Origin: an uncultured delta proteobacterium
GTDB taxonomy: Bacteria > Myxococcota_A > UBA9160 > UBA4427
Length of the DNA: 64,000 nt
Direction of reading: 5' to 3'
Assembly: GCA_963822965.1 (NCBI GenBank)
Contig: CAWGJT010000012.1
Span: 320,001-384,000 of the forward strand
Below are positions 1 through 9,999 of the stretch, in pieces. Numbering within the stretch: position 1 is the stretch's first letter; every line of letters begins with the position of its first letter. Made by a program: the position numbers and the translations under genes. The notes beneath the pieces were generated by a model that saw nothing but the letters and a program-made list of their open reading frames with translations, did not search any database and was not told where the DNA came from.

Positions 1-2
1 AC

Positions 3-1136
3 GCGGATCCCGCCCGGACGGGGGACGTCGCCCCGGCCCAGCTCGGCGACGGGCTCGGAGACGTGGAGGGCGTCGTGGACTACGCGTTCGGGAGCTTCGA
101 GCTGCGCGCCACCCGCGCCCTGCTCGTCGAGCCGAACCCGCTGGCCAGCGAGACGAGCGGCCTGGTCCCGGCCCCGGGGACCCTCACCCTGGCCAGCTAC
201 AACCTCGAGAACTTCGGCCCCGCAGACCGGCTTCGTGCCGAGCGCATCGCGCGCCACATCGTCGACGCCCTGCACGCACCGGACGTCGTCGCCCTGCAGG
301 AGATGCAGGACGACGACGGTCCGGCAGACAGCGGGGAGACGGGATCGGGCGGGAACGCGCGGATGCTCGTCGACGCCATCGAGCACGCTTCCGGACCGCG
401 CTACGCCTGGATCGACCTGCCGCCCGAGGACGGCGCCGACGGCGGGCGGCCCGGCGCCAACATCCGGGTCGGCTTCCTGGTCGATCCGCTGCGCGTCTCG
501 CTCGTCGCCGACAGCGTGCAGCGGCTGGTGGATCGCGACCCGTCCGACGGCGACGCGTTCGCGCACAGCCGCAAGCCCCTCGCGCTCGAGATCCGCCGGA
601 ACGGCCGTCCCGTCGAGCTCGTCGGCGTTCACTTCACGTCTCGCGCGGGGGGGACCCCGGCCTTCGGCGCCGTGCAGCCGCCGATCGTGGGTGGCGCCTC
701 GCGCCGGCTCGCCCAGGCCGAGGAGGTGCGGGCCTGGATCGAGAGCCGACGGGCCGCCGACCCCGAGGCGCTCTTCGTCGTGCTCGGAGACATGAACGAG
801 GTGCCGCGTGCCGCGCCGCTCGCTGCGCTGGCCGCCCCGCCGACGGGGCTCCGGGACCTGGCCGATCGGCTGGCCGCCGGTGACCGCTACTCGTACGTGT
901 TCGAGGGCCAGGCGGAGCTGCTCGACCACGTGTTCGTGAGCCCCGCCCTCTTCCCGCATGCGGCGTTCGACGCGGTGCACGTGAACACGGGGTTCCTGGA
1001 TGCCGCGAGCGACCACGACCCGGTGCTCGCGCGGCTCGACCTGCGAGCGCTGCCCGAGCCCGGCGCCGTTCGTCTCGGCGTCGCCGCCGCGATCAGCCTG
1101 CTGATGCTGCGCCGGCGGCGGCACCCGACTCGGTGA
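3..1136 (+). CDS. Extracellular endonuclease/exonuclease/phosphatase-family nuclease with C-terminal PEP-CTERM-like tail (5' partial)
   Basis: Motifs SYNLENF, DVVALQE, GDMN, LLDHVFVS, SDHDP; ends LPEPG + hydrophobic stretch + RRRR; frame open to the window start. Confidence 0.85.
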   Translation, partial: ADPARTGDVAPAQLGDGLGDVEGVVDYAFGSFELRATRALLVEPNPLASETSGLVPAPGTLTLASYNLENFGPADRLRAERIARHIVDALHAPDVVALQEMQDDDGPADSGETGSGGNARMLVDAIEHASGPRYAWIDLPPEDGADGGRPGANIRVGFLVDPLRVSLVADSVQRLVDRDPSDGDAFAHSRKPLALEIRRNGRPVELVGVHFTSRAGGTPAFGAVQPPIVGGASRRLAQAEEVRAWIESRRAADPEALFVVLGDMNEVPRAAPLAALAAPPTGLRDLADRLAAGDRYSYVFEGQAELLDHVFVSPALFPHAAFDAVHVNTGFLDAASDHDPVLARLDLRALPEPGAVRLGVAAAISLLMLRRRRHPTR

Positions 1137-1698
1137 GGCGGAATCGGATGCGATCCGGCTCGGGACGATCGAGCGCCGTGTGGACGCGGCCGTCGGACAC
1201 CCGGTCCACCCACCACTCGAGGAAGCCGTGCGCGGTGTGGGCCGCCACCTCGGGAAAATCCCGGGCCTCCGTCGCGACGATGTCCCACACCCCCGGCGAC
1301 ACCTCGGAGAAGCTCCAGTGGGTGAAGTTGTAGAGAACCGCGGCGATGCCCACCATGAGCTCGCCCGCCCGTTTGCCCCAGGTGCCGGGCGCCGCGCCGA
1401 ACTGCTCGTAGGTGCCGCCCAGCAGACGCTCGGCGGCCCGCGCGCCCCGCTCGCGGAGGTAGGCTTGCGGGCGCGCGCCGCCCTCGACGTGGGCCAGCAG
1501 GTCGAGCAGTCGTCCGTAGCTGGCCATGGGCATCCAGGACACCGCCGTCACGACGCTGTCCATCAGGGCTCGGTCCTTCTCGGAGAGTCGCGACTCGAGA
1601 TCCGCGGCCGTGATGCGCTCTTCGGCGACGGCCTTGCGGACGTCGGCCACGACCGACGAGTAGATGGACCCCTTCACCGACGGCACGTGCTCGCTCAT
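1093..1698 (-). CDS. Hypothetical protein, DUF2378/TIGR02265-like (myxobacterial)
   Basis: N-terminal VKG motif and W-x-P...Y-x-x-L pattern; GGGAGGGG RBS upstream; GC3-biased codons. Confidence 0.55.
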   Translation of the reverse strand: MSEHVPSVKGSIYSSVVADVRKAVAEERITAADLESRLSEKDRALMDSVVTAVSWMPMASYGRLLDLLAHVEGGARPQAYLRERGARAAERLLGGTYEQFGAAPGTWGKRAGELMVGIAAVLYNFTHWSFSEVSPGVWDIVATEARDFPEVAAHTAHGFLEWWVDRVSDGRVHTALDRPEPDRIRFRLTESGAAAGAASAG

Positions 1699-1773
1699 TC
1701 CGCCCCCTCCCCCAGGATCGACCCAGTATCGGATCGGCGGGCTTCCCGGTTGAGGGGTTCTCGGCCGGGCCGC

Positions 1774-2607
1774 TCAGGTCCCGCCGGGGGGGTCCTGCTG
1801 GTAGAGGTCGATGATGCGGGTGGCGTTCTCCTCGACCGCCCGCCCTCCCACGTCGACGAGCTTCCAGCCGCGCCGGCGGAAGAGCCTGCGCGCGTGCTCG
1901 AGCTCGGCCTTCATCTCATCCGGGTCGGTGTACGCCGTGGTGTAGGTGCGCGAGCCGATGGCGCGCACCCGCGCCTGGCGCAGGGGCTTGAGCTTGTTCG
2001 GGTCGATGATGAGGCCGAAGACCTTGCGGGGATCCATCTCGAGCAGCACCCGGGGCGGCTCGACTCCGGGCACCAGCGGGACGTTTCCCGTCTTGTAGCC
2101 GCGCTGGGCGAGGTACATGCCGAGGGGGGTCTTGGAGGTGCGGGAGACCCCGGTGAGCACGATGTCGGCCTCGACCAGGGTGTGGAGGTTCGCTCCGTCG
2201 TCGTGGCGGACCGCGAACTCGACGGCCTCGACCCGCTGGAAGTACTCGTCGGTGAACCCGTGCAGTAGACCGGGCTGGTGCCGCGGCTCGGTGTGCAAGC
2301 GCTGCGCGACCTTGTGGATCAGCGGGCCCAGCAGGTCCACCGTGATGACGCCGAGCTCTTCGGCCTCCTGCTGGAGCGCCGCCACGATGCGGCCCTCGAC
2401 GAGACTGAACACGACGAGCGCGCGGGATTCCGCGGCCTTGGGCATCACCCGTCGCAGCTCGGATTCGTGCCGGATGCCCCCGAAGACGCGCAGGCGCCAG
2501 GGCGCCTGGAACTGGAGCATCGCTGCCCGCACGGCGGCGGCGCACGTCTCACCGGTGCCGTCGGAGATGACGAAGACCTCGGTGAGTGAGGGCTCGGGCT
2601 CGGTCAT
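1774..2607 (-). CDS. ppsR: PEP synthase/pyruvate,phosphate dikinase regulatory kinase-pyrophosphorylase (DUF299)
   Basis: VISDGTGET, HDDG, ADIVLTGVSRTSKTP, VEENA motifs. Confidence 0.92.
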   Translation of the reverse strand: MTEPEPSLTEVFVISDGTGETCAAAVRAAMLQFQAPWRLRVFGGIRHESELRRVMPKAAESRALVVFSLVEGRIVAALQQEAEELGVITVDLLGPLIHKVAQRLHTEPRHQPGLLHGFTDEYFQRVEAVEFAVRHDDGANLHTLVEADIVLTGVSRTSKTPLGMYLAQRGYKTGNVPLVPGVEPPRVLLEMDPRKVFGLIIDPNKLKPLRQARVRAIGSRTYTTAYTDPDEMKAELEHARRLFRRRGWKLVDVGGRAVEENATRIIDLYQQDPPGGT

Positions 2608-2698
2608 GCGCCGACGTTAGCAGGGCGCTCGCGGACCCCGGAGCCGAACCCGGTGCGCGTTGACGCTCGGCGGGCCCGCCGGCATGCTCTGCGGGCCC

Positions 2699-5392
2699 AT
2701 GCCCTACGAACCGAAGCAGATCGAGCCGAAATGGCAGGCCTACTGGCTCCAGCACGAGACGTTCCGGGTCGAGCTCGACACCGCGAAGCCCAAGTACTAC
2801 GTGCTGGACATGTTCCCCTATCCCTCGGGCGACGGTCTGCACGCCGGGCATCCCGAGGGCTACACGGCCACCGACATCGTGGCCCGCTACAAGCGCATGC
2901 GCGGATTCAACGTGCTGCACCCCATGGGCTGGGACGCCTTCGGCCTGCCCGCCGAGCAGTACGCGATCAAGACGGGAACCCACCCGCGCGTCACCACCCA
3001 GCGCAACATCGACCGCTTCCGGGAGCAGATCCGCTCCTTCGGCTTCAGCTACGACTGGTCGCGGGAGATCGACACCACCTCGCCCGGGTACTTCAAGTGG
3101 ACGCAGTGGATCTTCTGCAAGCTCTACGAGCGCGGACTCGCCTATCGCGCCGAGGTGCCGGTGAACTGGTGCCCGGCGCTGGGCACGGTGCTCGCCAACG
3201 AGGAGGTGATCGACGGCAAGAGCGAGGTGGGCGGACATCCCGTCGAGCGCCGCCCCATGCTGCAATGGATGCTGCGGATCACCCGGTACGCGGACCGTCT
3301 GATCGAGGACCTCGACGAGCTCGACTGGCCCGAGTCCATCAAGAAGATGCAGCGGGAATGGATCGGACGCTCCGAGGGCGCCCGCATCCGCTTCGCCATC
3401 GCGAACCACGAGGGGAACGAGACGATCGAGGTCTTCACGACCCGTCCCGACACCCTGTTCGGCGCCACGTACATGGTGCTCGCCCCGGAGCACCCGCTCG
3501 TCCCGGAGATCACCAGCGACGCCCAGCGCGAGGCCGTCCGGGCCTACGTGGCAAAGAGTGCGAACCGCAGCGAGCGGGCGCGGCTCGCCGAGAAGACGGG
3601 CGTCTTCACCGGGGCCCACGCGGTGCATCCCGTCACGGGCGAGCCCCTGCCCGTGTGGATCGCCGACTACGTGCTCGCCGGATACGGGACGGGGGCCATC
3701 ATGGCGGTCCCGGCCCACGACGAGCGGGACCACGAGTTCGCGCGCGCCTTCGGTCTGCCCATCGTCCCGGTGGTCTCGTGCCCCGAGGGCCACGACGTGC
3801 AGCGGGAAGCCTGGCCGGGCGAGGGCACCGCCATCCACTCGGACTTCCTCGACGGCCTCTCCACCGCCGAGGCCAAGAAGCGGATGACCGGGTGGCTCGT
3901 CGAGCACGGGGTCGGCGAGGCGGAGACCACCTACAAGCTGCGCGACTGGCTCTTCAGCCGGCAGCGCTACTGGGGCGAGCCCTTCCCGGTGATCCACCGG
4001 GAAGACGGCACCACCGCGCTGGTTCCCCTCTCGGATCTTCCCATCACGCTGCCGGAGCTCGACGACTTCAAGCCCAGCGGCGACTTCCAGCCGCCCCTGG
4101 CGCGGGTGCGGGAGTGGATCGAGACCACGGACCCCGAGACGGGCCGCCCCGCCCTGCGCGACGCGAACACCATGCCCCAGTGGGCCGGCAGCTGCTGGTA
4201 CTTCCTGCGCTTCGTCGACCCGAGCAACGCCGAGGAGGCCTGGAGCCAGGCCGCGTCGGACTACTGGATGCCGGTCGACCTCTACGTGGGCGGCGCCGAG
4301 CACGCCGTCCTGCACCTGCTCTACGCGCGCTTCTGGCACAAGGTGTTCTACGACATGGGGCTCGTGAAGACGAAGGAGCCCTTCCAGAAGCTCGTCAACC
4401 AGGGGATGATCCTCGGCGAGAGCTTCCGCTACTACGACGACAACCCGAGCGACAAGACCGACGTCCCCGTAAACTTCTACGGCGCCGACGAGGTGACGCT
4501 CGAGGGCGAGGCGGCGTTCTCGAAGGCGACCGGCGCCGAGCTGAAGGCGCGCTGGATCATGCCGGGCGAGGTCACCTACGGGGCCGACGGCCGACCGCGG
4601 CACCCCGAGCACCCCGAGCTGCGCCTCGAGCCGGTGATCGAGAAGATGTCCAAGAGCCGGGGCAACGTGGTGAATCCCGACGACGTGGTGGACGAGCTCG
4701 GCGCGGACTCGCTGCGCCTCTACGAGATGTTCCTCGGTCCGCTCGAGAAGGCGGCGCCGTGGTCGACCCGCGACATCCAGGGCGTGCACCGCTTCCTGCA
4801 CCGGGCCTGGCGGCTACTGATCGAGGAGGCGGGTGTTGCGACGGAGGTCGAGACTCACGTCAAGACGAGCGTCGAGACCGGTCTCCTCAGCAGCGAGAAG
4901 CTACGGACACTCGTCCCGGGCGATGGCACATCCGAGCAGGCCCGGCTCACGGCGGAGACCATCGCCGGCGTCACGGACGACATCGAGGGGATGCGCTTCA
5001 ACACCGCCATCTCGAAGCTGATGGTGATGGTGCGCGACATCGCGAAGGACGCCCCGCTCCCGGAGAACGCGGCGCGCGACTTCGTGCTGCTGCTGTCGCC
5101 CTTTGCGCCGCACCTGGGCGAGGAGCTGTGGCAGCGCCTCGGGAACACGACGACCCTCGCCTACGAGCCCTGGCCCGAGGCGGACCGCGCCCTGCTCGTC
5201 GCCAGCACGGTCACCCTGGCCGTCCAGGTGAACGGCAAGCGCCGGGACGAGATCCAAGTGCCCCCGGACGCCGACGAGGAGTCCATCCGGGCGGCGGCCC
5301 TCGCCTGCGAGGGCGTCCAGCGACATCTGCAAGGACGCGAGCCGCGCAAGGTGATCGTGGTGCCCGGAAGGCTCGTCAACGTCGTCGGCTAG
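2699..5392 (+). CDS. leuS: Leucine--tRNA ligase
   Basis: MFPYPSG, HAGH (HIGH), [33 protein letters not shown]. Confidence 0.98.
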   Translation: MPYEPKQIEPKWQAYWLQHETFRVELDTAKPKYYVLDMFPYPSGDGLHAGHPEGYTATDIVARYKRMRGFNVLHPMGWDAFGLPAEQYAIKTGTHPRVTTQRNIDRFREQIRSFGFSYDWSREIDTTSPGYFKWTQWIFCKLYERGLAYRAEVPVNWCPALGTVLANEEVIDGKSEVGGHPVERRPMLQWMLRITRYADRLIEDLDELDWPESIKKMQREWIGRSEGARIRFAIANHEGNETIEVFTTRPDTLFGATYMVLAPEHPLVPEITSDAQREAVRAYVAKSANRSERARLAEKTGVFTGAHAVHPVTGEPLPVWIADYVLAGYGTGAIMAVPAHDERDHEFARAFGLPIVPVVSCPEGHDVQREAWPGEGTAIHSDFLDGLSTAEAKKRMTGWLVEHGVGEAETTYKLRDWLFSRQRYWGEPFPVIHREDGTTALVPLSDLPITLPELDDFKPSGDFQPPLARVREWIETTDPETGRPALRDANTMPQWAGSCWYFLRFVDPSNAEEAWSQAASDYWMPVDLYVGGAEHAVLHLLYARFWHKVFYDMGLVKTKEPFQKLVNQGMILGESFRYYDDNPSDKTDVPVNFYGADEVTLEGEAAFSKATGAELKARWIMPGEVTYGADGRPRHPEHPELRLEPVIEKMSKSRGNVVNPDDVVDELGADSLRLYEMFLGPLEKAAPWSTRDIQGVHRFLHRAWRLLIEEAGVATEVETHVKTSVETGLLSSEKLRTLVPGDGTSEQARLTAETIAGVTDDIEGMRFNTAISKLMVMVRDIAKDAPLPENAARDFVLLLSPFAPHLGEELWQRLGNTTTLAYEPWPEADRALLVASTVTLAVQVNGKRRDEIQVPPDADEESIRAAALACEGVQRHLQGREPRKVIVVPGRLVNVVG

Positions 5393-5565
5393 AGGCCCGG
5401 CCGGAAATTGTACCGCGGCACCGAGAGCGTCATCCGCGGCGTCCTGGCAAGGCGCGCGACCGAGGCGCAGCCGAAGAGCCGAAGCTACGGCGACGGGAGC
5501 GGAACGCAGCCAGGGCGCCGCAGGGGCGCTCGAATGCAGGTCGCACCTTCCGGCCGGGCCTCTAG
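5389..5565. mobile_element. Palindromic MITE-like element, family A copy 1
   Basis: Perfect 18-bp terminal inverted repeat CTAGAGGCCCGGCCGGAA...TTCCGGCCGGGCCTCTAG; core CAAGGCGCGCGACCGAGGC...GCTACGGCGACGGGAGCGGAACGCAGCC shared with 25021-25216; left CTAG contains the leuS TAG. Confidence 0.8.
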
Positions 5566-5779
5566 CCCTGATCCGCCATGCGGATCAGGGCGCAACTCCC
5601 AATGCCTGGCGAATCGCTGCGTCTTGCTCGGCCCGTGCCGCGATCCGAGCCCGACGCCAGGACCTCATGGGAACGAGGTTGTCGCGCTCAGGCTGATTCC
5701 GCCGTTCTCGCACGATCCGCGACGGCTGGCAGGGTCTGCGGCACGCGGGAAAGCGCGCTGAATGACGCATCGGGGCCAG
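5562..5779 (+). mobile_element. Dispersed ~217-bp MITE-like element, family B copy 1
   Basis: Colinear end to end with the reverse complement of 63281-63496; 5' hairpin GCCCTGATCCGC-CAT-GCGGATCAGGGC; imperfect terminal inverted repeats; shares a CTAG with the end of family A copy 1. Confidence 0.8.
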
Positions 5780-5963
5780 CTGAGGGAGCCCGTTGGGCTC
5801 CCCTTGCCGAGGAGCCGGGGGAGAGGACTCGGTAGACCGGAGCACCGGAGCTGTGGAACCGACGTCCTCTCCCGGGATCCTGCGATCCCGTACGTCGCGC
5901 TTCGAGGCCCAAAGGTTGCACGCTGCCCGGTCCGTCTGGGATGGCCGGCCCGGCCGGCGCGCC

Positions 5964-6410
5964 TCAGTCTCGCGACACGGGCCGTCCGGGCGGCGCGTAC
6001 ACGTAGTCCGTGTCGCGCGGCTTCAGCCGGGAGGAATCCCCGTCGATCTCCCAACGACGCACGCGGATCACCACGGCGGGCAGCTCGGGCTGGGCGGCGA
6101 AGAGTCTCTCCGCGAGGTCGTCCGGCTCGAGCAGCCGGCCCCAGCGCCCCCGTCTCTCCGCGAACTCGCGCAGCGCGCCGTAGGAGGCCGGCGAGATGGC
6201 GTTCCAGTCGGGCTCGGCGGTGCTTTCGGGACTCTCGAGGCGTCCGGCCCGTACCGTCACCCGCAGGTTCGGGACCGCGTACATCGCGAAGCCGAAGAAG
6301 GCCCACGGATCGAGCTCGTAGCGGCGCGCGAGCCCGTGCTGCACCAGGGGCCAGGTCGCGACGAGCACCACCAGGGCCGTCGCCAGCCGCAGGCGCGTGC
6401 GGGTCGTCAC
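5964..6410 (-). CDS. Small membrane-anchored protein, partner of the upstream HTTM-like gene (SdpA/DUF5819-like architecture)
   Basis: N-terminal TM helix then DPWAFFGFAMYA; GTG start overlaps the upstream stop. Confidence 0.55.
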   Translation of the reverse strand: MTTRTRLRLATALVVLVATWPLVQHGLARRYELDPWAFFGFAMYAVPNLRVTVRAGRLESPESTAEPDWNAISPASYGALREFAERRGRWGRLLEPDDLAERLFAAQPELPAVVIRVRRWEIDGDSSRLKPRDTDYVYAPPGRPVSRD

Positions 6411-7276
6411 GTGAAGAACCAGCGGGGCAGGAGCCCCAGGCTCGTCGCCAGCAACACGGCGAGACCCGCGTAGAGGACGGGCTGCGCGCGCCGGAGCCAG
6501 GTCGGGGGTCCGAACGAGAGCGCGAGGCCGGCCATCAGGCTGCCGAAGAAGACCTCGCGCGCCGCCGACTCGATCACCGCGAAGTACGCGAGCGTTCCCC
6601 ACACCGCGAGCCGCCGTGTGGCGGGCACCAGCAGCAGGACGGGCAACACCAGCTCCGCCACGTAGGCGAGCGTCGATGCGACCAGGAACATCGGCGAGTC
6701 CACCCGGAACGGTCCCGCGCCCTCCTGGATCGTCATCCGCGCGAGCCGCTCGTACTCCGCCGCGGGCATCAGGTGCTGCAGGACGGCGGCGAAGCGGGGA
6801 TTCTGCGGAATCGTGAAGGCGAGCAGCTCTCCCGAGAAGTAGTGACCGTAGAGGAGCTTCTGCAGCCCCGCGTGGAAGAGCCCCAGCACGAGCAGCCAAC
6901 GCAGGGCGCAAGTCAGCCCGCGGACCTCGTCGTCCACGTCGTCCCGCAGCAGCATCAGGAGCGCCAGGCAGACGAGCTGCAGGTACTGGTGGTTCGCGCT
7001 GCCGGGGAACTGCCAGGCGAAGTCCACACCCACCGCCAGGGCGGCGGCCGGAACGGCTGCCCGAGCCCAGCCCGAGCGCCAGGCGGCGACGGCGGCCGCG
7101 GTCGCGAGCAGCGACAGCGAGAGGGCCAGGAGCTGCGACGGCTGGCCGACGAGGCGCGCGGTGCGCGCCCACAGCTCCACGGCGATCAGCCCGAGCAGGA
7201 AGCGGCGAAGGACGACGGCCTTCGCGCGAGCCGCGTCGGGCTCGTCCGACCCGAGCAGCAGCCCGCGACCGGTCAG
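6407..7276 (-). CDS. HTTM/SdpB-like polytopic membrane protein (start uncertain)
   Basis: ANHQYL, FHAGLQKL..G, AELVLPVLLL..TR motifs; frame stays open upstream of the GTG at 7180 to the ctaB stop. Confidence 0.55.
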   Translation of the reverse strand: MTGRGLLLGSDEPDAARAKAVVLRRFLLGLIAVELWARTARLVGQPSQLLALSLSLLATAAAVAAWRSGWARAAVPAAALAVGVDFAWQFPGSANHQYLQLVCLALLMLLRDDVDDEVRGLTCALRWLLVLGLFHAGLQKLLYGHYFSGELLAFTIPQNPRFAAVLQHLMPAAEYERLARMTIQEGAGPFRVDSPMFLVASTLAYVAELVLPVLLLVPATRRLAVWGTLAYFAVIESAAREVFFGSLMAGLALSFGPPTWLRRAQPVLYAGLAVLLATSLGLLPRWFFT

Positions 7277-7280
7277 CGTC

Positions 7281-8165
7281 TCAGGCGACGCTCGACCACG
7301 CCAGGTCCACCAGCATGGCGAGGAAGAGCGAGAACAGGTAGACGAGGGAGACGCGGAACATGGCCTGGGCCGACGCGTCCGTGCGCTCTCGCAGGACCCG
7401 CACCGCCGCGCACACGAACCAGGCGTTCATCCCGAGGGCCACGACACCGTAGATGGGTCCCAGCAGGCCCAGCGCCACGGGCGCCAGGGTGACGGGAACC
7501 AGCCCGACCGTGTACCAGAGCATGCGCCAGCGGGTCGGCTGATCCCCGATCACGCTGGGCAGCATGGGGATGCCCGCGGCCTCGTAGTCGCCCTTGCGGT
7601 AGAGGGCGATGGCCCAGACGTGGGGCGGCTGCCAGAAGAAGACGACGCCGAAGAGCAGCAGACCAGCGGGGCCGATGTGACCGTTCACGGCGACGTCCGC
7701 GATGAGGGGCGCCGCGGCCCCGGCGGCCCCGCCGATGACGGCGTTCCAGGCGGAGCGCGGCTTCAGCCAGACGGTATAGACGAACACGTAGAAGAGGATG
7801 CTGGCGATCCCGACGCCGGCGGCCGGCCACCCGGCCAGCGCCCACAGCAGCAGCGCGGAGCCGACGCCGAGGGCGAGGCCAAAGACGAGGGCTGCGGAGG
7901 GCGAGATGCGCCCCGCCGGCAGCGGACGCTCGCGGGTCCGCTCCATCACGGCGTCCAGGTCGCGCTCGATGTAGGCGTTCAGGGTGTTCGCCGACGAGGC
8001 GGCGAGGGCGATCCCCAGCAAGGTGAACACCACGAACCCCAACGGCGGCCACCCGCCCGCCGCCATGCCCATCACCGGCAGACCGGTGAAGAGCACCATC
8101 GGCAGCAGCCGGGGCTTGGTGAGATCCAGATAGTTGCGCGCGGTCTGGAGAGCCGTCCCCGTCAT
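7281..8165 (-). CDS. ctaB: Protoheme IX farnesyltransferase (heme O synthase)
   Basis: LTKPR, ERDLDAVMERTRERPLPAG, FFWQPPHVWAIA, DYEAAGIPMLP. Confidence 0.96.
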   Translation of the reverse strand: MTGTALQTARNYLDLTKPRLLPMVLFTGLPVMGMAAGGWPPLGFVVFTLLGIALAASSANTLNAYIERDLDAVMERTRERPLPAGRISPSAALVFGLALGVGSALLLWALAGWPAAGVGIASILFYVFVYTVWLKPRSAWNAVIGGAAGAAAPLIADVAVNGHIGPAGLLLFGVVFFWQPPHVWAIALYRKGDYEAAGIPMLPSVIGDQPTRWRMLWYTVGLVPVTLAPVALGLLGPIYGVVALGMNAWFVCAAVRVLRERTDASAQAMFRVSLVYLFSLFLAMLVDLAWSSVA

Positions 8166-8354
8166 CGCTCCGTCTCGAAGAGCCTCCCCGGCCCGCGCTC
8201 TCACGGCCCACGCCCGATCCCGGTACTGGCCCGGCAATGGAGAGGTGGCGCCCCACCAGGGGCGGGCGCCGAACGGCGCGGAGGATCGCACAGCCGGGCC
8301 CGGGGGTCGAATCCGCGGCGCGGGCTTCCGGGACTCGTTACCGTGGCTCGGCCC

Positions 8355-9248
8355 GTGGACGCCACCGAACTGGCCATCGTCCTGCTCTCGGCCCTGCTGC
8401 ACGCCGGCTGGAGCATCGCCATCAAGGGCAGCCGCGACGGACTCGCGTTCAACCTGCTGCAGACCGCGGTGGCCGCGACCGTCGGGGTGGCCCTGATCGC
8501 CTCAGTGGACCCGACGGGGCTGCCGAAGGCCCTGTGGCCGCTGGTCGCCGCGACCGCCGTCGCCCACGGCTTCTACCTGTTCTGGCTGAGCCGCGCGCTG
8601 GAAGAGGCGGACATCTCGCTCGTCTATCCCATCGCGCGCTCGACCCCCGCGTTCCTGCCCCTCTTCGCCGTGCTCTTCCTGGGCGAGAGCGTCTCCTGGC
8701 CGGGCGCCCTGGGCATCGCGACCGTCGTCGCGGGGCTGTGGCTCGCGGCGGTCGGGCCCGGCCTCGACTGGCGCGCCTTCCTGCAGCCGGGGATGGGATT
8801 CGCCTACCTCACCCTCCTGACCACCATCGGCTACGGCGTCTTCGACAAGAGCGCGATGGTGCACCTCGACCACGCCGACTGGACGAGCCCGTTGCCGCGG
8901 CCGATCTACTACTTCTTCCTCCAGTACACGGCGGGCGCCTTCGTCCACGTGCCGCTCTGCCTGTTCGCCATGGGACCCGCCGGCGCGCGGGTTCGCCTGC
9001 TGGCCGTGGCGCGCAACGAGTGGCGCAGCGTCGGCCTGGCCTTCGGGGTGGGCCTCGCAGGCTATGCGCTCATCCTGCAGGCGCTTCGCACGGCCCCCGT
9101 GAGCTACGTGGTGGCGGTGCGGCAGGCCAGCGTCTTCTTCGTGCTCGCCCTGAGCGTTCTCCAGCTGAAGGAACGACCGGGCCGCCAGCGCATCGTCGGC
9201 GCCAGCCTGACCGTGGCGGGCGTCGCCCTCATCGCCCTGGCGCCATGA
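8355..9248 (+). CDS. EamA/DMT family transporter
   Basis: SALLHAGW, DISLVYPIARSTP, SYVVAVRQ, LKE; about 10 hydrophobic segments. Confidence 0.88.
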   Translation: MDATELAIVLLSALLHAGWSIAIKGSRDGLAFNLLQTAVAATVGVALIASVDPTGLPKALWPLVAATAVAHGFYLFWLSRALEEADISLVYPIARSTPAFLPLFAVLFLGESVSWPGALGIATVVAGLWLAAVGPGLDWRAFLQPGMGFAYLTLLTTIGYGVFDKSAMVHLDHADWTSPLPRPIYYFFLQYTAGAFVHVPLCLFAMGPAGARVRLLAVARNEWRSVGLAFGVGLAGYALILQALRTAPVSYVVAVRQASVFFVLALSVLQLKERPGRQRIVGASLTVAGVALIALAP

Positions 9249-9976
9249 CGAGCCTGCCCACCCCCGAGATTCGTGGGCCGACGAGCCCCTCCCCTCCGCG
9301 GTCCCGAATCGCCGAGCTGGGGATCCGCCTGCTGGGGCACGCCGCCGCCCTGCTGCTGCGAGCCCTGGGCGCGACCTGGCGCGTTCGAACCGAGGGACCC
9401 GACCCCCAGGCCTCGGAGCGACCGCCCTTCGTCGCGGCGTTCTGGCACCGCAACGTGCTGATCGCCTCCCACTACTACCGGGGGCGGGGCTTCAGCGCGG
9501 CGGTGAGCCGCAGCCGGGACGGCGACCGCATCGCCGCCATGCTGTCCGCGCTGGGCTATCAGCAGCCGCCTCGCGGCTCGAGCACGCGCGGGGGCGCCGC
9601 TGCGCTGCGCGAGCTGTTCCGGCTCGTGCGCTCGGGAACCACCGTCTCGATCCAGCCCGACGGACCCCAGGGCCCGGCCCGGATCTCGAAGATCGGGATC
9701 GTCAACCTCTCGCGGCTCACGCGCCGCCCCATCACACCCGTGGGCTTCTCGGCCGCCCCGTGCCTGCGCTTCCGCAGCTGGGACGGCACCCTGCTGCCGC
9801 TTCCCTTCGCCCGGGTGGTCTGCCGCTACGGCGAGGCCATCGCCGTGCCGCCCGACGCGGACGACGTCCTGGAGGAACGCATCCGGCAGGATCTCGATGC
9901 GGCCCTCGACGGCCTCACGGACGAGCTCGACGCACGACTCGGTCGTCCCCCGGACGACCGGCGACGCCAGCCCTGA
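9245..9976 (+). CDS. DUF374 / lysophospholipid acyltransferase family protein
   Basis: AFWH, SRSRDG, RGSSTRGG, PDGPQGP, SWD...PLPF. Confidence 0.88.
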   Translation: MTSLPTPEIRGPTSPSPPRSRIAELGIRLLGHAAALLLRALGATWRVRTEGPDPQASERPPFVAAFWHRNVLIASHYYRGRGFSAAVSRSRDGDRIAAMLSALGYQQPPRGSSTRGGAAALRELFRLVRSGTTVSIQPDGPQGPARISKIGIVNLSRLTRRPITPVGFSAAPCLRFRSWDGTLLPLPFARVVCRYGEAIAVPPDADDVLEERIRQDLDAALDGLTDELDARLGRPPDDRRRQP

Positions 9977-9999
9977 TCCGGATCGCAGATGGCGTCACG

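Noticed and set aside
2549..5565. Long antisense and alternate-frame ORFs over leuS, and similar ones across the window
   Set aside because: Arg/Pro/Gly-rich shadow ORFs expected from high GC3 codon bias
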